Below, piece by piece: positions 19,551 through 29,276 of a DNA stretch of 64,000 bases (its first letter is position 1; every line of letters starts with the position of its first letter). Position numbers and translations under genes: made by a program. Source of the DNA: Gammaproteobacteria bacterium (GTDB lineage Bacteria; Pseudomonadota; Gammaproteobacteria; Magnimaribacterales; Magnimaribacteraceae). The notes under the pieces were generated by a model, which did not search any database, was not told where the DNA came from, and saw only the letters and a list, made by a program, of their open reading frames with translations. The DNA lies in contig JBJLIX010000001.1 in assembly GCA_045563675.1 (NCBI GenBank), positions 333,667-397,666 of the forward strand, in the 5' to 3' direction.

Positions 19551-20486
19551 TTAACTGTTATGGCTCAATTGTTTTTGTATTAGGTCAACCGAAACCTTAG
19601 TATCTTGGTTAACCCAATGCAAATTTTTCCAACTTCTTAACCAAGTCATCTGACGTTTAGCTAATTGTCTGGTCGCATTGATAGCTTTATCTATCATCTC
19701 GTCGTAGCCGAATTTACCATCTAGATATTGGCATACCTGTCTATACCCTACGCTCTTCATAGAACTTTGCTTACTATCCATTGGTTCTAACTTCAGTAAC
19801 TCTTCTACTTCCTTGATTAGACCAGCTTCTATCATAGACAAAAACCTGGTTTTTATGTCTTCTCTTAAGACCTCTCTGCTCTCAGGAGCAACAGCAAACT
19901 GCATAACTTTCCGGGATTTTAAAAGTTCACTGCCTTTATCCCTTTCAAGCCATTCAGTCATTGTTTTTGAGCTAACTCTATAAACTTCCAAGGCCCTTTG
20001 AATTCGCTGCGTATCATTTTGATGAATCCTTTTAGCTGAGTTCGGGTCTATTTCAGCAAGTTTTTTATGCAAGTGACCCCAGCCATTCTTCTTAGCTTGC
20101 ATTGAAATTTCATCCCTCACTGATTGATCCGCTTTTGGCATCCTAGAAATACCCCCAAGTAACGACCTGAAGTAAAGCATGGTGCCGCCTACTAACACAG
20201 GCAGTTTATTTGATTTATCAGCTAGCGCTATTTCTTTCCTTGCGTCATTTACAAAAAGAGCAGTCGAGTAAGTTTTCCAAGGATCGATAAAACTAACTAA
20301 TTTATGAGGATACCCCTTTAGGACTTCACTGCTAGGCTTGCCACTCCCTATATCCATTCTTCTATATATTTGGACCGAGTCTACGCTTACGATATCTATC
20401 GCCAATTCTTCTGATAGAAGAATAGCTAAATCCGTCTTTCCGACTCCGGTGGGGCCCATGATGGTGACTATAGGTTGCTCTTTCAT
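19551..20486 (-). CDS. miaA: tRNA dimethylallyltransferase
   Basis: P-loop IMGPTGVGKT follows directly after ATG 20486. The track's GTG at 20540 would place the N-terminus inside the amtB terminator stem. Confidence 0.9.
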   Translation of the reverse strand: MKEQPIVTIMGPTGVGKTDLAILLSEELAIDIVSVDSVQIYRRMDIGSGKPSSEVLKGYPHKLVSFIDPWKTYSTALFVNDARKEIALADKSNKLPVLVGGTMLYFRSLLGGISRMPKADQSVRDEISMQAKKNGWGHLHKKLAEIDPNSAKRIHQNDTQRIQRALEVYRVSSKTMTEWLERDKGSELLKSRKVMQFAVAPESREVLREDIKTRFLSMIEAGLIKEVEELLKLEPMDSKQSSMKSVGYRQVCQYLDGKFGYDEMIDKAINATRQLAKRQMTWLRSWKNLHWVNQDTKVSVDLIQKQLSHNS

Positions 20487-20526
20487 TGCGTTTATTAACT
20501 TACAGTAAAGAACATTACTACAAAAA

Positions 20527-20571
20527 GAAAAACCGACCACAAATTTACTTTTTTTGTAGTCGGTTTTTTTT
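20527..20571 (-). terminator. rho-independent terminator after amtB (hairpin flanked by T-runs on both strands)
   Basis: gaaaaaccgaccac / gtagtcggtttttt forms a roughly 13-bp stem with one mismatch and an AT-rich loop. On the minus strand the stem is followed by TTTTTCTTTTT. Confidence 0.7.
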
Positions 20572-20578
20572 GGGTGAA

Positions 20579-21862
20579 CTAAGTTAAATCGTAACTTCTT
20601 TCTTCGTGTTCAGTTACGTCCAGACCTTCGTTTTCAGATTCCTCTGAGACTCTCAAATCAGTTACCAATGCAACTAACTTGAGGATTGCCCAAGAGGCTA
20701 CAGCTGTCCAAGCTCCAATAACTAAAATACCTTTTAACTGTATTACCAGTTGTGCCATTGGACCTCCTTCAGCAATGCCGCCTGCGCCTGAGCCTAAGAA
20801 ACCTCCAGGTGTGCCTAAGAAGCTTAGAAGAATAATACCTAACATCCCTCCAACACCATGTACTGGGAAGACATCTAGGGAGTCATCAATTCCAAAAACT
20901 CCTTTGACAGCTTGAGTTGCATAATAACAAACAACTCCAGCCGATAGTCCTATAAGTAAAGCGCCTTCAGGGCCTACTGTACCTGCGGCTGGTGTTATGG
21001 TGGCTAAGCCTGCCACCATTCCCGTTGCTATACCAACAACCGTAGGCTTTCCTTGTTTTATCCATTCTATTGTCATCCAAGTGAAAGCAGCTAACGCAGC
21101 ACTTATATGCGTTACCAACATAGCCATTCCAGCATCTTCACTTGCAGCTACAGCACTTCCGGCATTAAACCCAAACCATCCTACCCAAAGCATTGCAGCT
21201 CCCATAACCACTAAACTTCTATTGTGAGGTGGCATAGCAGAGCCTGGAAAACCTCTTCTTTTTCCTAACATAACTGCAGCGACTAAAGCACCCACTCCAC
21301 AAGTTAGATGGACAACAAGTCCTCCTGCGAAATCTATAACGCCCCATTGAGCAAGTAGTCCTCCTCCCCAAACCATATGGCAGGCAGGAAAATAAACTAA
21401 AGTCAGCCATAAAGCAGAAAAAAGACACATGGCACTAAACTTCATCCTTTCAGCAAAGGCGCCTACGACTAATGCCGGGGTAATAATGGCAAAAGTCATT
21501 TGGAACATGACAAAAACCGTTTCAGGAATACTCCCTGAAAGGGTTTCTCTCCCAATACCCGATAAGAAAGCTGCACTTAGATCGCCTATAAAAGCTCCGT
21601 CTCCTCGAAAAGATAAGCTGTATCCGTAAACAACCCAGATTATTGATGCAATACAAGCTATTGCAAAACATTGCATTAAAACAGAAACGGCATTTTTGCT
21701 TCTTACCAAACCGGCATAAAAAAGTGCTAAGCCGGGCAAAGTCATAAAAAGCACTAAAGCAGTAGATGTTAGCATCCAAGCCGTGTCCCCTGTATCTAAG
21801 CCCTCAGCTGACGCCGATAAAGAAAAAAGACCTAGAGTTATAAATAATAATTTTTTAAACAT
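20579..21862 (-). CDS. amtB: ammonium transporter
   Basis: 427 aa with a signal peptide and multi-TM Amt family signatures (DFAGG.VVH, twin-His region), immediately downstream of glnK. Confidence 0.95.
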   Translation of the reverse strand: MFKKLLFITLGLFSLSASAEGLDTGDTAWMLTSTALVLFMTLPGLALFYAGLVRSKNAVSVLMQCFAIACIASIIWVVYGYSLSFRGDGAFIGDLSAAFLSGIGRETLSGSIPETVFVMFQMTFAIITPALVVGAFAERMKFSAMCLFSALWLTLVYFPACHMVWGGGLLAQWGVIDFAGGLVVHLTCGVGALVAAVMLGKRRGFPGSAMPPHNRSLVVMGAAMLWVGWFGFNAGSAVAASEDAGMAMLVTHISAALAAFTWMTIEWIKQGKPTVVGIATGMVAGLATITPAAGTVGPEGALLIGLSAGVVCYYATQAVKGVFGIDDSLDVFPVHGVGGMLGIILLSFLGTPGGFLGSGAGGIAEGGPMAQLVIQLKGILVIGAWTAVASWAILKLVALVTDLRVSEESENEGLDVTEHEERSYDLT

Positions 21863-21883
21863 AATTACCTCGTTAAATTTAAG

Positions 21884-22270
<387 letters not shown>

Positions 22271-22276
22271 TTATAC

Positions 22277-22293
22277 ATGCAATTCCTATGCCA
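22277..22293 (-). promoter_or_regulatory. sigma-54 (-24/-12) promoter for glnK-amtB
   Basis: The minus strand reads TGGCATaggaaTTGCAT, which fits TGGCAC-N5-TTGCW. The element ends 54 nt upstream of the glnK ATG. Confidence 0.7.
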
Positions 22294-22333
22294 TTAAACA
22301 TAAAGCGTTTTAAAGTAATAAAACCACTTATTT

Positions 22334-22379
22334 GAATTGATATAGTGCAGAAGGTTCTTTAGCGCACCAAATTAAGGCA
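22334..22379 (-). promoter_or_regulatory. possible NtrC enhancer sites
   Basis: The minus strand reads TGCCTTAATTTGGTGCG (10/14 to TGCACCA-N3-TGGTGCA) and TGCACTATATCAATTCA (9/14), about 50-95 nt upstream of the sigma-54 element. Confidence 0.35.
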
Positions 22380-22389
22380 AAGTTAGAAA

Positions 22390-23676
22390 TTAACTAACGA
22401 TTTTGTTTAGATGACCATCGAGCAAGGAATTAATCCTTTCAAGAGCTCCCCTATTTTTATCAAAAACGCTTCTGGCAAGCTTGCCAACTTTATCCCTTTT
22501 ATTTATGTCTGATGCTAAAGAAAAGAAATAACTAGTCAGTTCATCAGGCCTTTCGATTAGAAAAAGTGCTTTCTCTTCTATTAACTCATCCGCTATCTCT
22601 TGAAAATTTCTTAAACTTTTTCCTGAGCACAAAGGGAGGTACAAGGAAGCCGGTTCAAGTAAATTTTGCCCCCCATGATCTATAAGACTTCCTCCAACAA
22701 AAGCAACGTCCGAAACTGAGTATAAGAAATTCAGTTCTCCCATAGTGTCTCCTAGTAAAACTTGAGTTTCGGGAGTGATTTCCTCTTTCTTGGAGCGCCT
22801 AGCTATCTTAAGGTTATTTTTTTCTAGAAGCTCATGAACCTTGTTAAACCTTTCGGGGTGACGAGGAACAACGATCAACAAAGCATCTTCACTTTTAGAA
22901 ATAATTTCTAAAAAAGACTCAATTACAAACTCTTCTTCTGTTTCATGTGTACTAGCTGCAATTAATGTTGGTCTAGTTTTACCGTCTGACCATGATTCTC
23001 TTATAGAAGAGGAAATAGATTTCATTTCCTCTGGATTATCTTGGTCAAATTTTAAGTTTCCACTAACTTCAATTTCTAAAGCGGCATTAAGTTCCTTAAA
23101 TCTGTCAGCGTCGGAAGTATACTGAGCAATAATAAGGTCAAAATTGCTTAATGTTTCCTTGATTAAATTTTTTGCTCTAAGGTATTGCTGCTTGGACTTA
23201 TTAGAAAGTCGTGCATTAACTAAGGAGGTAAAAATATTCCTTTTGTTACACAAAGATAAGGTATTTGGCCAGATTTCCGTTTCCAAGACTATTAAAGCAA
23301 CTGGGTTCCAATTATCCAGAAAGTTTTTTACAAATAAAGGTAGATCGATAGGCATGTATTGATGCTTAACTCTGGTCCCCATCTTGTCTAATAATATTTT
23401 AGAACCTGTAGGAGTAGTTGTGGTTACAAGAACTTCTACGTTTTTGTAAGTTTCTAAAAGACCTCTTATCAGAGGTATTGAAGCATTTACCTCCCCTACA
23501 GACACAGCGTGTATCCATAGAACATTTTTCTCCGGTGAGGGTGAGTTATTTGATAGGCCTAACCTTTCCGGCCATCTTTTTAAGTAGTTAGAATTCTGAA
23601 AACCTCGAAAAATTAATCTCAGAAAGTATAGAGGCAGAGCTATATAAAAGATCACCGTATAGATAAGTCTCTGCAT
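22390..23676 (-). CDS. waaA: 3-deoxy-D-manno-octulosonic acid (Kdo) transferase
   Basis: 428 aa, collinear with E. coli WaaA (HAVSVGE, VPRHPERF, GDTMGEL, FVGGSL..GGQN.LEPA). Confidence 0.9.
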   Translation of the reverse strand: MQRLIYTVIFYIALPLYFLRLIFRGFQNSNYLKRWPERLGLSNNSPSPEKNVLWIHAVSVGEVNASIPLIRGLLETYKNVEVLVTTTTPTGSKILLDKMGTRVKHQYMPIDLPLFVKNFLDNWNPVALIVLETEIWPNTLSLCNKRNIFTSLVNARLSNKSKQQYLRAKNLIKETLSNFDLIIAQYTSDADRFKELNAALEIEVSGNLKFDQDNPEEMKSISSSIRESWSDGKTRPTLIAASTHETEEEFVIESFLEIISKSEDALLIVVPRHPERFNKVHELLEKNNLKIARRSKKEEITPETQVLLGDTMGELNFLYSVSDVAFVGGSLIDHGGQNLLEPASLYLPLCSGKSLRNFQEIADELIEEKALFLIERPDELTSYFFSLASDINKRDKVGKLARSVFDKNRGALERINSLLDGHLNKIVS

Positions 23677-23720
23677 AACTCTATGCTAACATATCAAGAC
23701 ACAAGCAAACGACTTAACCT

Positions 23721-24683
23721 ATGATCATAGTAACCGGATGCAACGGCTTTATAGGCTCTAATTTAGTTTCTCAACTCAATAAAATGAATTTGAAAAACAT
23801 AATAGGGGTCGATGACCTATCCAAGAAAGAGAATCTTAATAATATTGCCCATTGCGAGATGGAGAACTTATTAGATATTGAAGAATTCGAAAATAAGTAT
23901 TTAGATTCAACAAAATCTTTCAGTGAAATTACCCAAATTTTTCATCAAGGTGCCTGTTCTAACACCATGGAATGGGATGGAGAGTATATGATGAAGAACA
24001 ATTATACTTTTTCAAAAAAACTCTATGAATTTGCTGAAAATAACTCTGCTGCCTTTATCTACGCTTCTTCTGCCTCCGTTTACGGAAACGGAAAGGAGTT
24101 TGAAGAGAAGAAAGAGAATGAAAACCCTATAAATTTATACGCCTTCTCAAAATATTTATTTGATCAATTGATAAGGCAAAAAATTAAAGAGAGCAAAATT
24201 CAGATAGTTGGAATGCGGTACTTTAATGTCTATGGCCCTAATGAAGCGCATAAAGGGCATATGGCAAGTGTTGCCTACCATCTGCACCAGCAGTTAGAAA
24301 AAGGAGGTGAAGTTAAACTATTTGAAGGGTCTGATGGATATGAAGCTGGAGAGCAAAGACGTGACTTTGTTTATGTAGACGACGTAATTAAGGTTAATTT
24401 ATGGTTTATGAAGAACCCAGAAATCTCAGGCATCTTTAATGTGGGTACTGGAAAAAGCCAGACATTCAATGAAGTAGCCAATGCAGTCATCGATTACCAC
24501 GGAAAAGGTTCCATTCAGTACATACCGTTCCCAGAAGAGCTCGTTGGTTCCTATCAAAGTTTTACTGAAGCCGATATAAATAAACTAAGACAAGCCGGAT
24601 ATAAAGAAGACTTCCTTGAAGTTCAATCTGGGGTTCAGCTTTATTTAGAGAAACTGAGCAATTGGCCTAAAAATGAAAGCTGA
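23721..24683 (+). CDS. hldD: ADP-L-glycero-D-manno-heptose 6-epimerase
   Basis: 320 aa with Rossmann motif IIVTGCNGFIGSN, SSASVYG and YAFSK (YxxxK). Confidence 0.9.
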   Translation: MIIVTGCNGFIGSNLVSQLNKMNLKNIIGVDDLSKKENLNNIAHCEMENLLDIEEFENKYLDSTKSFSEITQIFHQGACSNTMEWDGEYMMKNNYTFSKKLYEFAENNSAAFIYASSASVYGNGKEFEEKKENENPINLYAFSKYLFDQLIRQKIKESKIQIVGMRYFNVYGPNEAHKGHMASVAYHLHQQLEKGGEVKLFEGSDGYEAGEQRRDFVYVDDVIKVNLWFMKNPEISGIFNVGTGKSQTFNEVANAVIDYHGKGSIQYIPFPEELVGSYQSFTEADINKLRQAGYKEDFLEVQSGVQLYLEKLSNWPKNES

Positions 24684-25644
24684 TAGAGCAGAACCTTACA
24701 ATAATGAAGTAAGTTTTGAGGCTTCTATGCTAAGCCCAGTTTATTTTCTTACCTGGTTAGGAGTAGGACTTCTTTATTTAATAAGCCTGCTTCCAATTCA
24801 ATTACAACTACTCCTAGGTAAGATTTTGGGAAAAGCTCTTTACACTATTGGTCTCCACCGAAAGAAGATTGTAGAAGTAAATCTCAAGCTATGCTTCCCA
24901 GATAAAACTGAAGAAGAACGAGAGAGAATGGTAAAAGAGGTATTTGAGGACATGGGCAGAGGGTTGCTAGAGACAGGAATAGCCTGGTGGCGATCTGATA
25001 GATATATAGAAAAACTGATAACCAAGAAATCAAATTTTGAACTACTTGAGAACGTCACTGAAGGTTGTCTGATTTTACTTAAACACTCAACGCACGCTGA
25101 GTTAGATATTCGCATGACTTCCAGACTTGTAAATGCCGGTGGTATGTATAAGAACCAGACCAATAAAGTTATGAATTATTTGATGATTAAAGCCAGAAAC
25201 AAATACTTAATTGGTACTGTCACTAACCGACAAACCAGAAGAGGAATGAAATTCCTTCGTAATGGATTAAAGTTCTTGTATGCAGCGGATCAAGATTATG
25301 GAACTAAAGGAGCAGAATTTGTTCCCTTTTTTGGCGTTCCTGCTGCTACGGTTACGCTTCCTTCAGACTTATACAACAAAGGCACTAAAGTTTTCTTTTT
25401 TAATGTAGTAAGAGTTAATTCTGGTTATGAAATCACCCTGGAAGCCCTGGGTGCTGACTCCGGTGAACAAGATTTCTTAAGTCTAATGTCTCAATGTTAT
25501 GAAAAAGCAATTTTAAAAGCCCCTACCCAATATTTTTGGATGCATAGAAGATTTAAGAATAGACCGGAAGGGGAAGAAGGCTTTTACCCTTATTGGAAGA
25601 AAAGAGAAGAGAAAAGAGCTAGAGAAAGAAAGAAGAAAGTTTAG
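24673..25644 (+). CDS. lpxL: Kdo2-lipid IVA late acyltransferase
   Basis: 323 aa, collinear with E. coli LpxL (N-terminal TM, LCFP, HSTHAE = Hx4E, QYFWMHRRFKNRPEG). It carries an extra Lys/Glu-rich C-terminal tail. Confidence 0.85.
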   Translation: MKADRAEPYNNEVSFEASMLSPVYFLTWLGVGLLYLISLLPIQLQLLLGKILGKALYTIGLHRKKIVEVNLKLCFPDKTEEERERMVKEVFEDMGRGLLETGIAWWRSDRYIEKLITKKSNFELLENVTEGCLILLKHSTHAELDIRMTSRLVNAGGMYKNQTNKVMNYLMIKARNKYLIGTVTNRQTRRGMKFLRNGLKFLYAADQDYGTKGAEFVPFFGVPAATVTLPSDLYNKGTKVFFFNVVRVNSGYEITLEALGADSGEQDFLSLMSQCYEKAILKAPTQYFWMHRRFKNRPEGEEGFYPYWKKREEKRARERKKKV

Positions 25645-25653
25645 TTTCAAACT

Positions 25654-25685
25654 AAAAAGAGGAGAGAAAAATCCCTCCTCTTTTT
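25654..25685. terminator. bidirectional hairpin terminator between convergent lpxL and 25699..26391
   Basis: aaaaagaggagag-aaaaat-ccctcctcttttt: a GC-containing stem with one mismatch, flanked by an A-run and a T-run. Confidence 0.6.
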
Positions 25686-25698
25686 CAAGAAAAAAAGT

Positions 25699-26391
25699 TT
25701 ATTTTACTCTTACCATCAAATCATCTGAATGGTTTCTAATATCAGTTTTTGTATCAGCTAATTCAGACTCATGAATCTCCATTAAAACGCTACTTTTCTT
25801 GGCAAAATCAGCGTAACTATCATATCCGCAATAAAAATACCAAGCTAGTTCAGGACCCCAGGCGTGTTCTGCTAAAACACAACCTTCGAAGGCTCTGTTA
25901 TAAGCATCAAATAGCAACCTAGCCCTATCACGCATTTCATTAGCTGTAAGAAAAGGACCGAAAGTATATGTAGCCCTTAGAACATAAGGTGTTCTTTTTG
26001 ATGACATATTTCTCTCTAAAATGGCAACCAGATGATCTGTGTGATCACCGTAAAGTTGAACTGGTTCTCTAGCAGCAGCAGAATTAGAGTCATTAATTTC
26101 TCCAAAGTGCTCCCAAGAATCAAAATAACAATAAGAATAGTAGGCCCTTTCTCCTCCAAATTGATGCCTTAAAAGACCGCAATTGTAATAGCCATTCTCT
26201 TCTAGAGTTGCAAGATTATCTAAAACTTGTTTCTCTACCCTTTGGGGCTGAGATCCTGCTGGAATAGAGAAAGTTGAATTATACGCAAAGGCGTAAGTAT
26301 GTTCCTTTTCCGTAGTCTCCGCTTCCTCATGGTGAGCAGAAAATACTGAAAAAGAAGAGATTAACAGTAAAACTGTCAGTAATTTTTTCAT
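25699..26391 (-). CDS. hypothetical secreted protein with internal tandem duplication
   Basis: ATG 26391 is preceded by AGGGGGA SD and opens a classic signal peptide (MKKLLTVLLLISSFSVFSA). The track start at 26466 would add 25 residues before the signal. Two roughly 95-aa repeats share Y..Y.F, GC.L..H..G.E.A.Y.YC.YDS...F and a D/NH.D.L.V tail. Confidence 0.65.
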   Translation of the reverse strand: MKKLLTVLLLISSFSVFSAHHEEAETTEKEHTYAFAYNSTFSIPAGSQPQRVEKQVLDNLATLEENGYYNCGLLRHQFGGERAYYSYCYFDSWEHFGEINDSNSAAAREPVQLYGDHTDHLVAILERNMSSKRTPYVLRATYTFGPFLTANEMRDRARLLFDAYNRAFEGCVLAEHAWGPELAWYFYCGYDSYADFAKKSSVLMEIHESELADTKTDIRNHSDDLMVRVK

Positions 26392-26462
26392 ATTGGTTCC
26401 CCCTATCTCGATTCTAACAGACCTAATTCTAGTTACGAAATCACCTTTAAATAACTTAAAGC

Positions 26463-26861
26463 TCATTCAGTTAAGTGTTCAATGAACACAAGCTGATTAA
26501 AGTTATCGGGAATAGCATAAAAGTAGGGGGTATCTAGATATTTGGCTTTTCTTTTTGGAACTAATGCCACTTGAAAGAATTGTCTTCCTCTTTCTTCTAG
26601 ACTGGCGAGAAGAATTATCTTATCCCCTTTTTGTAGAGTATAAGTGAACTTGCCATAAATGAGTGTCCAATTACCGGTTGCCGCGTTTGGTTCTCTGACT
26701 CGTTGGTGTAAGTCAACTTTAGACTTATAAAGAAGCACTGAAGTGGTACGTTTTTTTGATTCAAAGACATCACCAACTTCATAATTAAATGCATCTGAAT
26801 AACCAGTGACTGTAAAACAGAATAGCAAGATCAATAATGGGCTCTTCTTAACTGGGTTCAT
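26463..26861 (-). CDS. hypothetical exported protein, paralog of 13555..13953
   Basis: 132 aa with a signal peptide and shared motifs with the first copy (YEVG, KGDKIILL, FFQVALV, KRKAKY, IPDN). Confidence 0.6.
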   Translation of the reverse strand: MNPVKKSPLLILLFCFTVTGYSDAFNYEVGDVFESKKRTTSVLLYKSKVDLHQRVREPNAATGNWTLIYGKFTYTLQKGDKIILLASLEERGRQFFQVALVPKRKAKYLDTPYFYAIPDNFNQLVFIEHLTE

Positions 26862-26915
26862 TGAAAAGGATTAATCCTGCAGCGAAAAGAAACTTTTTAT
26901 TTTTTTAAAAACTTA

Positions 26916-28331
26916 TTAATCTAAGTCCTTAATTCTTCTTATTAAGTTGGTGGTGGAAATGCCCTTAACTAGATTTATAGTTCTAACCTGACCTCCTTTT
27001 GCAAGCACTTCTTTAGAACCTGCAATATCTTTTACTTTATAGTCTTTGCCCTTAACCAACACATCAGGCTCCAGCTCTTTTATTAACTTTAACGGAGTGT
27101 CTTCAGTAAACGAAGTGACCCAATCTGCACAGTCGAGAGCGGCTATTTGCTTTGCCCTATCTTTTAATTTATTGATAGGCCTCTTTGCTCCTTTTAACTT
27201 CCTAACGGATGTGTCCGAGTTTAAAGCGACCACTAATCGATCTCCTAACTTTTTTGCTTCTTCCAGGTAAGTGATGTGACCAACGTGTAATAAATCAAAA
27301 CAACCGTTAGTGAATACAATCTTCTTTGAATCCTGTTTAGCTTCTTTAACTAGATCTTTTACTTCATTTTTTGATAGAACAGAATCAACTGCATTTAGAC
27401 TGATACTTAATTCCGCAAGCGAAGGTGAAGCGGTTCCAGATTTTCCTACTACTATGCCAGCGGCTATGTTTGCCAATCTCACGGAATCACTAAGATCTAA
27501 ACCACTAGCTAAACCCGATGCCAAACTCGCAATTACAGTATCTCCTGCTCCTGAGACATCAAAGACATCCTTTGCCTCTGTAGGGAAATCAGTTCTAGCT
27601 ACCTTGCCTCTATTCTTTTCAAACAAGGTCATTCCTTCCTGGCCTCGCGTAATTAAAAGTACATTCAGACTGAGTTTTTTGATTAGATCCTGTGCTTTAT
27701 TATCTAAATCCTTCTCACTCGATACTTTCCCTACCACTTTAGAAAACTCTAAGAAGTTAGGTGTTATGGCGTATGCTCCTTTGTACTTATTAAAATCTTC
27801 GCCTTTGGGGTCGACAAAAACGGGGATTTTTTTCTTATTTGCCAGTTTTATCAGTGTGGGTGCATCCAAAAGCGTCCCTTTGCCATAATCTGAAAGAATA
27901 ACAGCACCAACCTTGCTGAGTTTTTTAGAAAAATTAGCTTTCACAGAAGACCAATCTTTTTTGGTAAATACATCTTCCATATCTAATCGAAGAAGTTGTT
28001 GTTGGCCTGCAGAGAGACGAAGTTTATTAACAGTGGTTTTATCGGACACCACCAAGGATGACTTTATAGAGTGCTGTTTAAGTAAATTTCTAACCTCTTT
28101 TCCTGAATCATCTCTGCCTATCACACCGATAAGTTCAACCTGAGAACCTAAAGATTTAACATTGGATGCAACATTAGAAGCTCCGCCTAACCTAACTTCT
28201 CTAGATTCCGGTTTTAACACAGGTACAGGTGCTTCAGGAGAGACACGATCAACCGATCCCTTTAAATATTCATCTAGGATAATGTCTCCTAGAATCAATA
28301 TTCTCCCTCTTTTTAGTTGTTTAAGATCCAT
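26916..28331 (-). CDS. hldE: bifunctional D-beta-D-heptose 7-phosphate kinase / heptose 1-phosphate adenylyltransferase
   Basis: 471 aa with an N-terminal ribokinase-like domain (VSGAGDTV) and a C-terminal cytidylyltransferase domain (TNGCFDLLHVGH). Confidence 0.95.
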   Translation of the reverse strand: MDLKQLKRGRILILGDIILDEYLKGSVDRVSPEAPVPVLKPESREVRLGGASNVASNVKSLGSQVELIGVIGRDDSGKEVRNLLKQHSIKSSLVVSDKTTVNKLRLSAGQQQLLRLDMEDVFTKKDWSSVKANFSKKLSKVGAVILSDYGKGTLLDAPTLIKLANKKKIPVFVDPKGEDFNKYKGAYAITPNFLEFSKVVGKVSSEKDLDNKAQDLIKKLSLNVLLITRGQEGMTLFEKNRGKVARTDFPTEAKDVFDVSGAGDTVIASLASGLASGLDLSDSVRLANIAAGIVVGKSGTASPSLAELSISLNAVDSVLSKNEVKDLVKEAKQDSKKIVFTNGCFDLLHVGHITYLEEAKKLGDRLVVALNSDTSVRKLKGAKRPINKLKDRAKQIAALDCADWVTSFTEDTPLKLIKELEPDVLVKGKDYKVKDIAGSKEVLAKGGQVRTINLVKGISTTNLIRRIKDLD

Positions 28332-28339
28332 AATTAAAA

Positions 28340-29224
28340 TTATTTACTCATGAATTGGTGGATTCGGTCAATTAACTCGCTTCCCTGCTCCATGGGTAAT
28401 GAATGAGTTGCTTCAGGAAAAATATCTATATTCCAGTTTGCTCCAAGTTTTTCTATGGCCTGTCTAGCAGTTGGCGTAAAGGTCGAACGGATAGTACCGC
28501 ATAAGATATAACTTGGGATAGTTAATCTCCTTAAGTAAGGCCAAGAGTCCATGTCCGACGCCATAAAAGTCCTGCTCTCCCACAAGGGAGAACAACTCAA
28601 CTCCACTTCTTTTTCATTTAGCATTTTGGTACCTCCTTCCACATAGTCCTGAATTAGAGACCTGTCCCAGGTTTCAAATACACCCCTTCCAAGGTACGAA
28701 TCTACCATTTCTTGTTGGCTTCCAAAAATTGACCTCCTTTTTGCTGCCAATTCAACCAATTCAACTTTATTTCTTCTACCTATTGCACGCATAAGTCTAT
28801 ATTTAAAGCACTCTAAAGGGCCATAGAGCACAGGTTCTAACATAATTAATTTTCTTACTTTTTCTTGTCTCAAGCTAGATAACTTAGCAGCGACAATGGA
28901 TCCCATGCTGTGCCCAGCACAAAACAAAGGACCTTCCAACTTATCTGTAATCTCTAGAGCATCCTGTAGATATAGAGACCAATCTTTAAGTCTTTCAGGT
29001 TCTGTTAATGCAGTGGAAAGTCCATGGCCTCTTTGATCAAGAGATATGCAATTAACTGAACCTTCAAATTTATTGTCTAAGCCTTCTACTAACTGCCAAT
29101 AAGTCTGACCATTAAATCCAGTGGCGTGAAAAAAAATAAAAGTGGGGATTCCTTTTTCTATTGGACGAGCGGAAACATAAGAAAATTCTTCATCAGAATT
29201 ATTTGTTAATGTACCTCGAATCAT
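28340..29224 (-). CDS. alpha/beta hydrolase
   Basis: 294 aa with HG oxyanion region (FFHATGF), nucleophile elbow GHSMGS and a C-terminal His (ATHSLP). Confidence 0.8.
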   Translation of the reverse strand: MIRGTLTNNSDEEFSYVSARPIEKGIPTFIFFHATGFNGQTYWQLVEGLDNKFEGSVNCISLDQRGHGLSTALTEPERLKDWSLYLQDALEITDKLEGPLFCAGHSMGSIVAAKLSSLRQEKVRKLIMLEPVLYGPLECFKYRLMRAIGRRNKVELVELAAKRRSIFGSQQEMVDSYLGRGVFETWDRSLIQDYVEGGTKMLNEKEVELSCSPLWESRTFMASDMDSWPYLRRLTIPSYILCGTIRSTFTPTARQAIEKLGANWNIDIFPEATHSLPMEQGSELIDRIHQFMSK

Positions 29225-29276
29225 AAATGACAGCGCATATTCTCATATTTTTGGTAGCATTTCCTTTAATTAACTT

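Noticed and set aside
20487-20540. N-terminal extension of miaA from a GTG in the ORF track.
   Set aside because: The extension overlaps the amtB terminator hairpin, and the MiaA P-loop follows directly after the internal ATG at 20486.
26867-26878. Perfect 12-bp palindrome AGGATTAATCCT just upstream of the 132-aa ORF.
   Set aside because: It is too short and has no loop, so it cannot act as a terminator. As an operator it is unsupported without a second copy; I did not see one upstream of the paralog at 13953.
27310-27888. 192-aa ORF on the + strand. Similar long antisense ORFs occur at 61382..61954 (190 aa), 48800..49261 (153 aa), 35819..36184, 46322..46657 and 41420..41755.
   Set aside because: Each lies entirely inside, and antisense to, a gene with strong family motifs (hldE, enoyl-CoA hydratase, argB, acylase, ilvE, GT4). 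Their translations are low-complexity Ser/Pro/Leu-rich strings with no recognisable motifs. These are typical shadow ORFs.
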